DNA from: Amphiscolops sp. MND2022
Lineage: Eukaryota
Direction: 5' to 3'
Length of the DNA stretch: 64,000 bases
Assembly (NCBI GenBank): GCA_964187785.1
Contig: OZ076409.1
Location: 97,714,001 to 97,778,000, forward strand
Shown here: positions 24,783-35,669 of the stretch, piece by piece
How positions within the stretch are numbered: the first letter of the stretch is position 1
Layout of the letters: every line of letters begins with the position of its first letter
Made by a program: the position numbers and the translations under genes
The notes under the pieces: model-generated
Told to the model about the DNA's origin: nothing
Database searches by the model: none
What the model saw: only the letters and a program-made list of their open reading frames with translations

Positions 24783-25613
24783 TCACGAATCTGACGGATT
24801 TTTTCTTTTCCGAGACGCTAATTCAAACTGTTGAGCAAGCGTTTTTGCAGTCTCTAAGTCTTCTATTGTTAGCAAGGGCTCTCCCGACGAGTCAACCAGG
24901 TCAGGAAATAACTCAGCAAACGTGCAAGTTTTGCTTTGCATTTTCTAAATAAAAGTAAAAAGCATTACAAACATTCGTGAATTGAGGACTGACAGAGGAC
25001 AAAAGTCAGTTACCATCACTTGTACCTCTAAATCTGAGGTTCTAGCTTTTGAAACTTTGTCTTCGAGCAGTTCCACTTTTTTCAGCAATTCAAGCTCCTC
25101 CATGTTCAAATTATCAGTGTTCTAAAGCAAAATTAACCTTGTCCATGTCAGAGACTTTTACAGCAAGAAAAAGCAAAGATTACCTTTAAACTTTGTTCAA
25201 GATAGCTACTTGTGGATGGCTTGTTGTTACCATCAGCTTTATCATCCTCAAAGTACCATGCGACCTTGTTTTTATCATCCTCTATGAACAATTTCTCCAA
25301 AAGGTTCCTTTCTGATTCGTCAACTTGGTATTCCGCAGCATCGTCCGGAAACAACACTTTATTTTGTTTGTTACTGTTAGGGGCAGTATTTTTTTGACTT
25401 ACTGTGCTGTCATCACCAAGAGGTGTGTCTGAAACATCATTAATACAAATACAAACTCGCAATTGGACTATATTTCTTCTCTGGTTGGATTATGTTTAAA
25501 TGTTTACCTTAACCAATAATTGCTTGTCTCGTCCTCTTCTTCTGTTTGCGAAAAACAGTAGGAGGAACAGTAGTATTTTTTCGAGTCGGTGGTGTCCATT
25601 CATTGTTAGCCAT
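24783..25613 (-). CDS. Predicted 4-exon orphan Polinton gene (~204 aa)
   Basis: Exons 25613-25514, 25428-25184, 25121-25014 and 24944-24783. The GT-AG introns (85, 62, 69 bp) are phase-compatible, and the joined frame is open from MANNEW to RKRKNPSDS*. Confidence 0.65.
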
Positions 25614-25704
25614 TTCTGAAAAGTTGATGAGCTTTCGTCGAAACTGAAAGAAAAAAACAAATATATTCAAACCAGTTTTATAGAGAAAAAACTTCAGAGT
25701 TACG

Positions 25705-28700
25705 TTATACCTTTATTGGGGATGTTGTAACACCATCAGCATGCACAAATCGTTTGTTATAAAAATATGTTATAGACATTTTGTTTTGTTTATATGTGAA
25801 CATGTTTCCTCGGTAGTAGCGAAATCCCTTGTTAGTTCCTTCGTAGGGCACTTTGTTGAACAAGACAGATTTAAATCTTTCCAATGGCGACTCTAGATTT
25901 TTGTTGCTTCCCTTAAGAGCCATTTTCATCTTTTTGTTGTTTTCGTTAAATGCACAGTAGGTTTTGCTGTTGAGACAAATCATTTCCGTTCCTTTCCATT
26001 CAATTTTGAAAAGTCCAGGTGTTCTTTTATCCATTGCACCGTGTTCTTTACAGCAGCTCCGTGTTAGAAAATTCAGTTGAGCATTTGGTAGATAGAAATC
26101 TTCTTGTTCATGATAATGCTTTGCATTTTCTTGCATTTGTGTCTTTGCAGCCTCAGTAAAACAATCGAAGAGGTCGTTTTCTGTCAAAGCCATGTAGAAA
26201 GAGTCGGTGTCCATCTCTATAGCCCGAAAAGACCTTGGTCTCATAATTCTGCCGAAAAAGTCGTAACGAAACTCTAACATTCTTTGTTTTCCATTGTTTA
26301 GTACTGTAAAACCAACGAGAATGGGTTCATCGTGCACAATTTTTCTTTTAGCCATGTTAATTTCGTATATTTTTTCATCCACAATGTCATAGGACCGGAA
26401 TTTCGGAGAATTGATTTTTTGATCAACTTTTCTTTCATCAACAAAAAGCGTGTTTTGAAATTTTGATTTGTTTATGAGTTGGATGCCATATGCGCTATTT
26501 CCAATAAGTTTGGATGTTTCTGCAATCACACTGAGCGACTTGTCTACATCTCCTCGACGCCTGTTTTCTGTTACAAAGTCCAAAAAATCTTTGAAGGGTT
26601 GTGCTTTTTTGTAACAAAGAAACTGGTAACATTTTGTAACAACAAAATCATCTTCTAAACACCACTTGATGTAGTCGGTAGATAACATTATCTTTTCTCC
26701 AAAGTAGCTGGCGACAAGACATTTACAACCGTTTTTCATCAAACCGAACTCTTTGGCATAATCTTGCATTTCCGCGGAAAGATGTTGCCTCTCGACAGTT
26801 GTATTTTTGAAGATGGGCGGAAGTTCTTTAAAGTGTTCCTTCAAGTGATCTGGAACGTGGATGTCAATTTCAGCTATTCCATAGACTTTTTCTTTCAGAA
26901 CTGTATTGAGAAAAGTCTCCAACGTTGAAAACTTTTGTGGTAGACAATCAAATTTTCTCACAAACTCTTTTATTTCGGGGTCTGTTTCTTTAAGCTGATT
27001 CCATTGACACTCCCATTGCTCAATCACACGATAACCTGCATTTAGAATAACTTCCGTACGCTCCTTGTCATTTTCACGTATTTTCGCCGGTGTTTTTCCA
27101 TGAATTAGAGGCGGCTGAACATTTAGCAGTTTGAAGCACTTCGAAAAAAGTGTATGATTCATTGTTTCAAAATTAAAATTTTGTCAACTAACCAAACTCA
27201 TACAGTCATGAGCGTGATGATAACATCCCATAAATTCCCAAACAGTTTTACAGGACACACAAATAGCATCGGGAACGAGTGTTCTAACTTGGTGGCGCAT
27301 ATTTGTGAAACGAGTGGTCACTGAACAACTTGGGTTTTGGTCGTGATGTTGTTTGGAGATAAAAGCAACATACTGTCGTTCAGCATGTAAAAATTTACTT
27401 TTTTCGGAAACTAGAGCGTTGTCGCTGTTGCACACGTAATGAGTCAAAGGTCCGGTTGGCATGTTCCCACCAATAGCAGATAAATACAAAGCGTTGGCAT
27501 CATAACCAACTATTGATTTGACTATTTCATCATTGATGGCAGTTTCATTAATTTTTTCGTAACGACTAAACACTATACTTGGCCCTCCAACAATGTTGTT
27601 TCGAACACTTTGTAACAAATCCTTGTGTTTATAATTGAACAAAAAAATTCCTTCGCCTTTGTTTGATCGATGTAAAATTTTGTTGGCGGCGCCACTGAGT
27701 GTTAGAGTTTCCTTCAGCAAGTCAATCGAGTGTTGTTCATAGAAATGGGCCATTTTGGTCACAGCCTTGTGGAGGGGATAAACATCAAGGTTATTGTAAT
27801 ATTGTAAATAATCCATCATTGTTTGAAACCCTTGTTTGTGGTCCCATGTTTGTTTAATGTCCTCATATACTTCCAACCCTGTCTTTGGTCTACTTGGATC
27901 AGTGAGGCTGCCTCCGTTCCGAACAAAACTGTTAATCTCGTTCTCCAAAACGTTTTCATTCTTCAGTGAGGAAAAGAATGCTTCGTAGGGTGGTAATGAA
28001 GTTTCTTGTAAAATTTCAAAACTGGTTAGATGTTCGTAAGGAAAGAAAAACTTGCTGACTTCGCTACCATAGGCTTTCAAAAACTTGTCTAATGATGTAC
28101 CAGCTGCAACAAAATGACTACAGTCCATGAAGCGCAGGTTTGGTGTTGAAAGGAGTAAGAAGCGAGTATTTCGTTTAATACACTTAATGGATGACAAGCT
28201 AACGAAACGCTGCAGAGACTTTAAAAGGTATGACTTTATCAAGTTCAAATCGTAGAATCCACTATTGAAACCAACAATTGGTAGCTGGTCAATGTATTGT
28301 AAGAACTGCGTTCGTGTTCTTTTCAGGAATCTGTGCAATCTCTGCTGTGTGCTGGATACAGTAGTAGTAGCGGTAGTGGTTTCGTTTAGAGCAGCTCCTT
28401 CATCATCTGAGTGTGTGTTCTCTCCCATGGTGTCATCTGGTTCAAATTCTAATAACATTTCATCAATTTGTTCTAGATAGGGTAAAAATTTTTGTCGCTG
28501 GTGAGAGATATTTTTGAGGGACAAGTCCATTAAATAGTCTACAAACTTGTCTACCAAACCGTTAGGGTCTTTCTCCACTAACCACTTTGCAGCCGATTCG
28601 TCTGTTGTAATGTTTTGATATACTGCAACCGATACGGGAATATGTTGATGAGTAAACTCCAATTTTTTCGTCTTGATGAAACAATCATCTTGGTTGGTAT

Positions 28701-30186
28701 CAAATCCATTTGTTTGCTGTGATGATGACTTTTGTCTCAAAATGGATTCAAAATCAAAAGTAACAAAAGACTTGTAGAATCTGTGCTCATGCGGAACACA
28801 AACATCATACACGGTCTCTAGCGTCGTGAAAAAAGTGTCAGTAGGCGTATATTTCCCACCTGGATAGGAGTGATCTGACTTTTCCGAGCATGACTTTAGA
28901 TGGCGATTCAATTCAAACAGACCTGAAAAGTACTGTTCACACTTGATGCACTTGAATCGTCGAAAAAATACGTTTAGATTTCGGATTAGACAAGTGTGAT
29001 TATCGACTAGAAGCAGATCAACAACGTTGGATTGCATGTCCATTTTCAACGTTCTACTTCGGTATAACAATTCACCTTGTACTACATTGTGTACATCTAG
29101 TTCAGCTGAAAACACTCGGATGGCGCAAGAACAAAACTTTTCAACGTCTAGCAGGTCCGTCAGCTCAATATCGGTGAAATCTTGAACGTTCTTTTGCACT
29201 CCGCGAATGTACATTTGGAAAAGCTCCATTGTTTTAGATTCCAATCCATGCATGGAATTTTGTTGAAAGGCAGCCAAGGCACGAAAAACGCAAAGATTAT
29301 CATTAAGCCTTCTTTTTGTAGATTTGTTGTGGGTAAGTGTCCACACACTCCTCGAAAATTTGATGAAATCCGGAATATCTATCACATCTTGATCGGTGCT
29401 TCCCATTGGTAGACGTGAGAAGTGTGTGGCATGTAGAGAGACGTTGGTTAAACAGAAGAAAGTCCATTTTGTGCTGTCGCGAAAGTTTGTAAATTTTTCA
29501 ATAAAGTCAGTGCTGAAAATGTCTTGTTTTAACAGTTTGAATTGTTCAAAGTTTTCTACTAGCTTTGGTTTGGGTAAGACTGTTGTATTGTCACTTGAGT
29601 AATAGTAGCGATATTCGCCAGTTTCGTTGTTTGAGAGAATGTATCCAAAACTGACATTCATTTTGGATACCCTAGTTATTTTTGCAAAAGCTTCATCGAG
29701 TACATTACAAATACTATCAACCCCTTCATCCTTCAAAAGAAACTTGACAGTTTTTTGGTGGGGTAGCAAAGCAATTTGATCCCCCATAATATGTCTCTTT
29801 CTACGAACAAGTTCTTTCAGTGGTTCATCGTCTCCAAATTGGGCATCGTTCAGTTGAGAGTTTGGTGATTTTAACATTTCATGTTCGGTATGTGTATGTT
29901 GTTGCAACTTTAGCATTGTTGCAAAGGTTGAATCACAGTAGCCACATTTGAAGTTTTTCTTTTTCACATGCTTCAGAGATTTATGAGTGTTGAGGTCTTG
30001 GCTACTTTTTGCAAAGTAGTTGCACTGTCCACAGTGTAAATCATCCTTGTCATGTGTCTTTTCATGTCGGTTTCGATTGTACTTGCGCGAAAACTCTTTT
30101 CCACATTTACTGCAAACAAAAGTTACAACGGATTGCTGAGACGTTGAAGGAGTTGTTGTTGATGTTGCTCCATCAGACGACTGCAT
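25705..30186 (-). CDS. polB: Protein-primed family B DNA polymerase with N-terminal C2H2 fingers, terminal-protein/vOTU-like region and Vsr-like insertion; two exons, ~1467 aa
   Basis: Exo motifs FDFES, FNSGFYD and YNNLDV; polymerase motifs YDANALY, KLIGNSAYG, MDTDS and SKTY. Exons 30186-27193 and 27114-25705 are joined by a 78-bp GTTAGT...TTCAG intron. Confidence 0.93.
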
Positions 30187-30906
30187 CGTGATGAATAAAG
30201 AGCAGCAGCAGCACTTGCCGTCGTTCTTTCGGGAGAAATTCAATCTAAACAAGTGTCTGTTTGTTACTACAAATTCAAACAATTTTCAAAGTTTTCTGGT
30301 AACTCCTGAATTTGCTGTGGGTAAACATCAGACAAACAAGTTTTGTAACAAAAATAAGCAGTGCAAATATCACATCATGCTTTATGGTTTTGACAATATA
30401 CAAAATAAGTTGATGCATTTGAATTATGATTTTGAAAGTATAAATTGTCCCTACAGTTATTTCAAATTCTTTATTATTCTTTCGGAAAAAGTTGTTTGTA
30501 TCCATGGAAACTTCCTGACGGAACCTTTGCTATTGGCTACTAAACACAATCGTTAACATCGAAGCAAAGAATGTGTCACGAGTCTACTTTGGAGACGGAT
30601 TGGTCGGAAAAAAAGGAGACGACACTCACCAGCAACAACCAAAAGGGGGCCAGAACACACTATAGCGTCGCTGATGAATATTGTTCAAATGCAGATTGTT
30701 GTCGCGACTCGTCTATTTGAAATTTTGCAACAACATTCTTCATCTGAAATTTCCACAACCACCACAAATGACATCAGCACAATAACCGAGTAAATTTCCT
30801 TTGCAAGCTTACCTTGCAATATCAAGTCATTACTTTTGTTCACCACCTACAGTTCAGTTGTTATTTGCTGATTCAAAAAATTTTGACAAAATAAAAAATT
30901 TTCATC

Positions 30907-31548
30907 ATGTCATCAACTGCTGTCATCAACCCTGTTGATTGTAAAGTGTTAAAATGTTTTAAAGTTGAAGTTAGTACAAAACGCTACCTTTTAATTACCG
31001 TTAAAACCTATCCGTCTTCTTCAGAAAGCTATACAAGTATTCAACTATTCAAGTTGGATGAAGAGACCAAGGAATACACCCCGCAAAAGTATTTGACTCT
31101 TAAGTTTCAAGACTTAAACAAAATTCCTTGGGACGACGTTTACACCAACGTTGTCAATGTCTTCGACTTTTCACTGGACATTCGCATGCCGTACCACAAG
31201 AATGATATGGACTATTTTGACTTCATCTTTGATGTTCAAGACTTTATCTCAAACAAATCGAGAGTCGTCAGAGTAGCTTCCAAGCGTTATCCTCAAGCTA
31301 CCTACTTGTACTTAAAACTGTTTGTTCAACATCAAAAGCGCTGGAAAATGCAACAAACAATAGACATTTCTTGGATGGAGCTATCTCATTTATTGAGTGT
31401 TGTCAAAGAGATTCAGAGCTACCCAAATGGAATACCTAAAGAAGGAAGTCCAATCACAGAGACTGGCTTATTTCGTCCAATCGAAACATTGACTAACCCA
31501 GAAATCAGCAGCAGCAGCAGCAGCAGCGTCAGTAGCATTAACCATTAA
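30907..31548 (+). CDS. Polinton hypothetical protein (213 aa), possibly two PC4/PUR-like repeats
   Basis: Clean ATG ORF divergent from polB, with two similar beta-rich segments each followed by a helix. The fold assignment is inference. Confidence 0.7.
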   Translation: MSSTAVINPVDCKVLKCFKVEVSTKRYLLITVKTYPSSSESYTSIQLFKLDEETKEYTPQKYLTLKFQDLNKIPWDDVYTNVVNVFDFSLDIRMPYHKNDMDYFDFIFDVQDFISNKSRVVRVASKRYPQATYLYLKLFVQHQKRWKMQQTIDISWMELSHLLSVVKEIQSYPNGIPKEGSPITETGLFRPIETLTNPEISSSSSSSVSSINH

Positions 31549-31608
31549 CAAATTTTTTGAGTGCTTCATTACCTCTCTTACTCTTACAGAATTTAGTTGC
31601 TTGCTAGC

Positions 31609-32211
31609 ATGATGGCTGATTTCAACTACATTATTACGTTTGTTTTGGATGTGGAGTTTTTAGAAGTTGACGTAGTTAAAGAAATTAGTGTAACCACACC
31701 GTATCACTCTGTATCTTTATCATTCAAACCTCCCAGGCCATGAAAAGATCTAACCCGTGAAGAACAACTGGAATACAACAACAACACTCTCAATGTTCCG
31801 TGGGATGAAGGCGCTTTTGACTATAAGGAACTGAGGAACGCTGTATACACCCTCATTCCACCAGGAGTCATGAAGTATGCAAAAGGAGTGCAAAAGTGTG
31901 ACTTTTTCTCTCGTTTTTTCCATTTCAAAATTCACAATTTGGAAGATATGGGCTGCCCTGACGCCTCTGCAATCCAACATTTGATAAATAAGAACATTAA
32001 GGAGAACAACGACGACGACGACGACAAGGAGAACAGGCCGTTGTGTCCCAATTTTCCCAAATATCCCAATCATTATGAAAAATGTGCGGCCATCAATAGT
32101 AAGCATTATCTCAAGTGGTTAGCCAATAAAATTAAAGAAGATCCTGCTGCTGCGGAAATGGCGCGAAAGACTTCCCCGCTGCGCAACGATGCAGCACTCA
32201 TACTCAGGTAA
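31609..32211 (+). pseudogene. Polinton DEDD-like nuclease-type protein with a premature stop
   Basis: The frame from ATG 31609 reads FVLDVEF...VVKEI...FKPPRP*KDL...WDEG...YAKGVQK...NLEDMGCP...CA, with a single TGA at 31741-31743 (probably from TGG). Confidence 0.65.
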
Positions 32212-32240
32212 TTATCATCATCATTTGTTAAATTTGCAGC

Positions 32241-32504
32241 ATGACTGATCAGCCGGACCTTGCAGTGCAAGAATTCGTTTTTGATGAGAATAACCAAGAA
32301 CGCAAGCCTTGGACACTTTGCGGCAAGCCTATTCCACGGTCCGAAATTGTCTTTTTCAGTCAATTACTTGTCATTCTTATGGTTATCTCATTTTGTATTT
32401 TCAAACTTTCTGTATCATCTTCAAACGATAAAGACAAGCCGGTTTGGATTGCCTTGCTGGCCAGTGCACTGGGATCTATTCTACCCAATCCGACACTGAA
32501 ATGA
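32241..32504 (+). CDS. Small two-TM membrane protein (87 aa)
   Basis: Hydrophobic helices IVFFSQLLVILMVISFCIF and VWIALLASALGSIL followed by PNP. Its stop overlaps the ATPase start. Confidence 0.75.
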   Translation: MTDQPDLAVQEFVFDENNQERKPWTLCGKPIPRSEIVFFSQLLVILMVISFCIFKLSVSSSNDKDKPVWIALLASALGSILPNPTLK

Positions 32505-33235
32505 ACAAAGTCATTCCCACTGACAACCATGTGTTTATGTCTCTTGTTGGTCCATCCGGCTCTGGAAAGACTACTCTTTTGTATAAACTTTTAACCTTGC
32601 CAGTGTTTCAACCAAGGTACCAATCTGTAATTTTTTTCTATCAACATTATCAAGAAGCGTACGAAAAATTGAAGCGAGATGTTGAAGAAATTGAATTCAT
32701 ACAAGGACTAGACTTTGATTTGATCAATCAATCATTTACACATGACGGAAAAAAACGCTTGCTAATTTTTGATGACTTTACAGAGGAACTTTTAAAATCT
32801 AAAGATTTCACTCGGATTGCTACCGCTGGTAGACACTTGGGCTTGCATGTTTTGTATATTAAGCATAATGTATTTCATAAATCACCCATTGGAAGAGACG
32901 TAGAGTTGCAGTTGACTCATATTGTGCTTTTTCAATCTCCCTGTGACATTAATCAAATTGAACGACTTGGGCAACAGTTGGGCAAGCAAAAATTTTTACC
33001 TCTATGCTATAAGGATGCCACATCCAAACCTTTTGGATTTCTCATGATTGATCTGTCACCCAAACAATTGGATCTTTTACAATTTTGTACAAATTTGGAG
33101 CCAACAGTTTTCTATATACCCAGTGAAAAGGCCCGCATTACAGAGAGTGACGATGACTACACAACATGTTATTACGCTGCAGCATTTCAAGAGTCTTTCA
33201 CTGGCCGACCGGTTGGACATGTTGAAAAGATGTGA
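32501..33235 (+). CDS. FtsK-HerA/A32-like genome packaging ATPase
   Basis: Walker A GPSGSGKT, Walker B LLIFDD, and GRH motif. Confidence 0.93.
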   Translation: MNKVIPTDNHVFMSLVGPSGSGKTTLLYKLLTLPVFQPRYQSVIFFYQHYQEAYEKLKRDVEEIEFIQGLDFDLINQSFTHDGKKRLLIFDDFTEELLKSKDFTRIATAGRHLGLHVLYIKHNVFHKSPIGRDVELQLTHIVLFQSPCDINQIERLGQQLGKQKFLPLCYKDATSKPFGFLMIDLSPKQLDLLQFCTNLEPTVFYIPSEKARITESDDDYTTCYYAAAFQESFTGRPVGHVEKM

Positions 33236-33458
33236 GGACAATTTCATTGAGTTTCTGGCCGAATCAGTTGTAAACATTTTGCAAGGTGTAGTGCCCAGAA
33301 TCAGGCGGAAAGACATTGAAAAGTTCAAGCCACAAATTGTGCGAATCATTTCGACCAAAGCAACTCTTGCGGATCAGCGGGCCATTTTCACTTCCCGAAA
33401 GGGGCTCTTGTTGCTAGATGTTATTATCGAGCATGTTATTCAATTTTTTTTAAGTTAG
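33153..33458 (+). CDS. Small helical Polinton protein downstream of the ATPase
   Basis: Motif FLAESVVNILQGVVP (E-x3-N-I-L-x-G), which I recall from the Maverick gene at this position. Overlaps the ATPase 3' end. Confidence 0.7.
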   Translation: MTTQHVITLQHFKSLSLADRLDMLKRCEDNFIEFLAESVVNILQGVVPRIRRKDIEKFKPQIVRIISTKATLADQRAIFTSRKGLLLLDVIIEHVIQFFLS

Positions 33459-33463
33459 TAGTA

Positions 33464-34195
33464 ATGGAATTGAAAAAATTTGTATTGATACCTTTTTCAC
33501 AGTACAAGAGTCAATTGGCATCGAGTAGGCCTGTCAGCACAGTATTGTACGATTCAAAATTGACCAATGAGGAAAAGACTAAAATTTTGCCTACATTGGA
33601 CAGAAAAAAAAGGAGAGCTGCTGCTGTTATAAGCACGCCCACCACCACGGTCACTGCTAGCACCGTACCTGCAAGTAGTAGTAGTAGTAGAAGTAGTAGT
33701 AGTAGTACAACAAAGACTATTGATCGTCAAAAGGAGGCAATTTTGTTGGATGTGGGTGGAAGCGAAACTACTCAAAGACGTAGCGCTTCGTTGTACGACA
33801 AAATTTTGTCTAATCCAAAAATAGGATTGACAAGTGAAGGTACAATTAAGCTGGAAAATTCCGACACAGACATTCCTATCAGCACATTTTTATATAGATT
33901 ACAGAACCCTTTTCCAAAAAGTAGTCCAGTAACACGACAGTTTTTGGACATTGTTGAAAATGTGAAAATTCCCGAACACTTGATTGCAAATCAGTCTCTG
34001 TTGAAACATCAAAGAAATAGACAAAATAAAGCTCCTCCTCTCGTCGGCTCGGGCGACGACGCCGACGATGACGAAGAGGACTTTGAAAGCGTCGACGAAG
34101 GTGCAGGTAGCAGCAGCAGCAGCAGGGCAACAAGCAGCAAGGAAAAGAAAGGAAAAGAATGGTATTCAGTCAAGGGCGAAAAGAAACAATTTTGA
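33464..34195 (+). CDS. Polinton hypothetical protein (243 aa), Ser/Thr-rich with acidic tail
   Basis: Clean ORF in the tightly packed cluster, starting KKFVLIP. Confidence 0.75.
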   Translation: MELKKFVLIPFSQYKSQLASSRPVSTVLYDSKLTNEEKTKILPTLDRKKRRAAAVISTPTTTVTASTVPASSSSSRSSSSSTTKTIDRQKEAILLDVGGSETTQRRSASLYDKILSNPKIGLTSEGTIKLENSDTDIPISTFLYRLQNPFPKSSPVTRQFLDIVENVKIPEHLIANQSLLKHQRNRQNKAPPLVGSGDDADDDEEDFESVDEGAGSSSSSRATSSKEKKGKEWYSVKGEKKQF

Positions 34196-35124
34196 AAAAG
34201 ACATAGAAAAAAGGTTGTTGGAGAAAGCTTGGAAGAGTGGCTTCTCAGCATATGGATCGCGTCAGAATTTGCAAAATGCTACAAAATTGTCCGTGAAGAA
34301 AGTTGATGCCTTTTTGCAACGTAAAAACTCCTACACAAAAATTTTCATTCCTCAGCGTAGATCCTATCCCCGATTGACGACACTTGCTTTAGACATTAAC
34401 GACATTTGGTGCATGGACGTTGCTTACGTCGATAAAATTGCCATGCCAAATGATGGTGTAAAATTTTTACTAGTCTGTGTAGATGTCTTGTCACGCTACT
34501 TGAGAGTGGAACCACTGAAGCGACTGACATCTGTTGCTGTGAAAGATGGTCCAGTTGCCATGTTAAATAAATGCCCGACTGTACATCCCAACAAAATTTG
34601 GACCGATCAAAGTCGAGAGTTTGAGGGAGAATTTCGCAAGTTTTGCAAAACTGTTGGAATACACCAATATAATTCGTTCAGCGGTACAAATACAGCGTTT
34701 GCTGAGCGAGCCATTAGAGCCTTGAAGGCCCAAATTGTTCGGTATCTCGAAGAGGAATGGATGTGGCGCTATATTGACAAGTTGCCAGACTTTGTAAAAA
34801 CTCTCAATGACCGTGTGAATCGATCAATTGGTATGGCACCGTCAAAGGTTGAGAAAAAGCATGTGCTCAAACTTATCGCACTTAAACAAAGGTCTGCAGT
34901 GATGAAAGAAAAAAAAGGCCAAGTACAAGGTGGGCGACCTTGTACGCATTGCTTCAAAGAATGTGCCCTTTAGAAAAGGATATCTGCAACAGTTTACAAA
35001 TGAAATTTTTTCAATTTCCACAGTATTCTCCACTCACCCACCCTCTTACATTTTGCGCGATGAAAAAGACCAAGAAATTCAGAGCAAACTTTACGAAGCT
35101 GAGATTATTAAAGTACTTAAGTGA
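34068..35124 (+). pseudogene. Retroviral-like (rve) integrase with a one-base frameshift
   Basis: DDE residues in WCMDV, WTDQSREF and AERAIR. The C-terminal KYKVGDLVRI...FRKGY...FTNEIF is in another frame; removing one A from the A8 run at 34909-34916 restores it. Confidence 0.9.
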
Positions 35125-35166
35125 AAAGAATACATTTCACAAATCATTTTATAGCTTTAATCGACA

Positions 35167-35634
35167 ATGAGTGGTTCATTCCACAAACAAAACCCATTAA
35201 ACAATTATTACCGTGGTCCCGTTAGACAAAGAGGAAGTGGCATTGGTTCTTTAGCCATCAAAGTTGCACGTCATGCACTACCACTTTTGTCCAAGTACGT
35301 TTTGCCCTCTGCCAAAAGAGTGGGAAAAGATTTTGCTTTAAATTTGCTGCCCGAAGTATTTGATGTTGTCACTGGTCGTGGTGGTGAAGCAACAACATCT
35401 TCAAGCATTAAAAAGGCAGTAAAGCGTGCAGCAGGGAAAACAGTAAAGAAACAATTGGGCACTGGTGGTGCAGCAAAAAAGAAAAGACGACGACAGTCAG
35501 TTGGAAAGAATTCCAAGACCAAAAACAGTCGCACAGCAAAAAAGGGCCGCAAAAAAACATCAGGAGGCAAAACAACAACAACGAAAAAGACTCAAAATCG
35601 CAAAAAGATTGACATTTTTCAAAACTTGCCTTGA
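35167..35634 (+). CDS. Basic virion core protein (pVII-like)
   Basis: K/R-rich, with QRGSG and QLGTG motifs resembling adenain cleavage sites; lies directly upstream of the MCP. Confidence 0.8.
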   Translation: MSGSFHKQNPLNNYYRGPVRQRGSGIGSLAIKVARHALPLLSKYVLPSAKRVGKDFALNLLPEVFDVVTGRGGEATTSSSIKKAVKRAAGKTVKKQLGTGGAAKKKRRRQSVGKNSKTKNSRTAKKGRKKTSGGKTTTTKKTQNRKKIDIFQNLP

Positions 35635-35669
35635 CGGTCAATAACATTCGTAATATTATTCTCAAAACA

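Noticed and set aside
25705..30282. polB as a pseudogene or as two separate genes
   Set aside because: A canonical in-phase intron explains the split more simply, though this is unconfirmed without RNA data.
32208..32239. 32-nt GT-AG intron fusing the nuclease-like ORF to the TM protein in frame
   Set aside because: The signals look good, but it is much shorter than the other predicted introns (62-120 bp) and both ORFs are complete without it.
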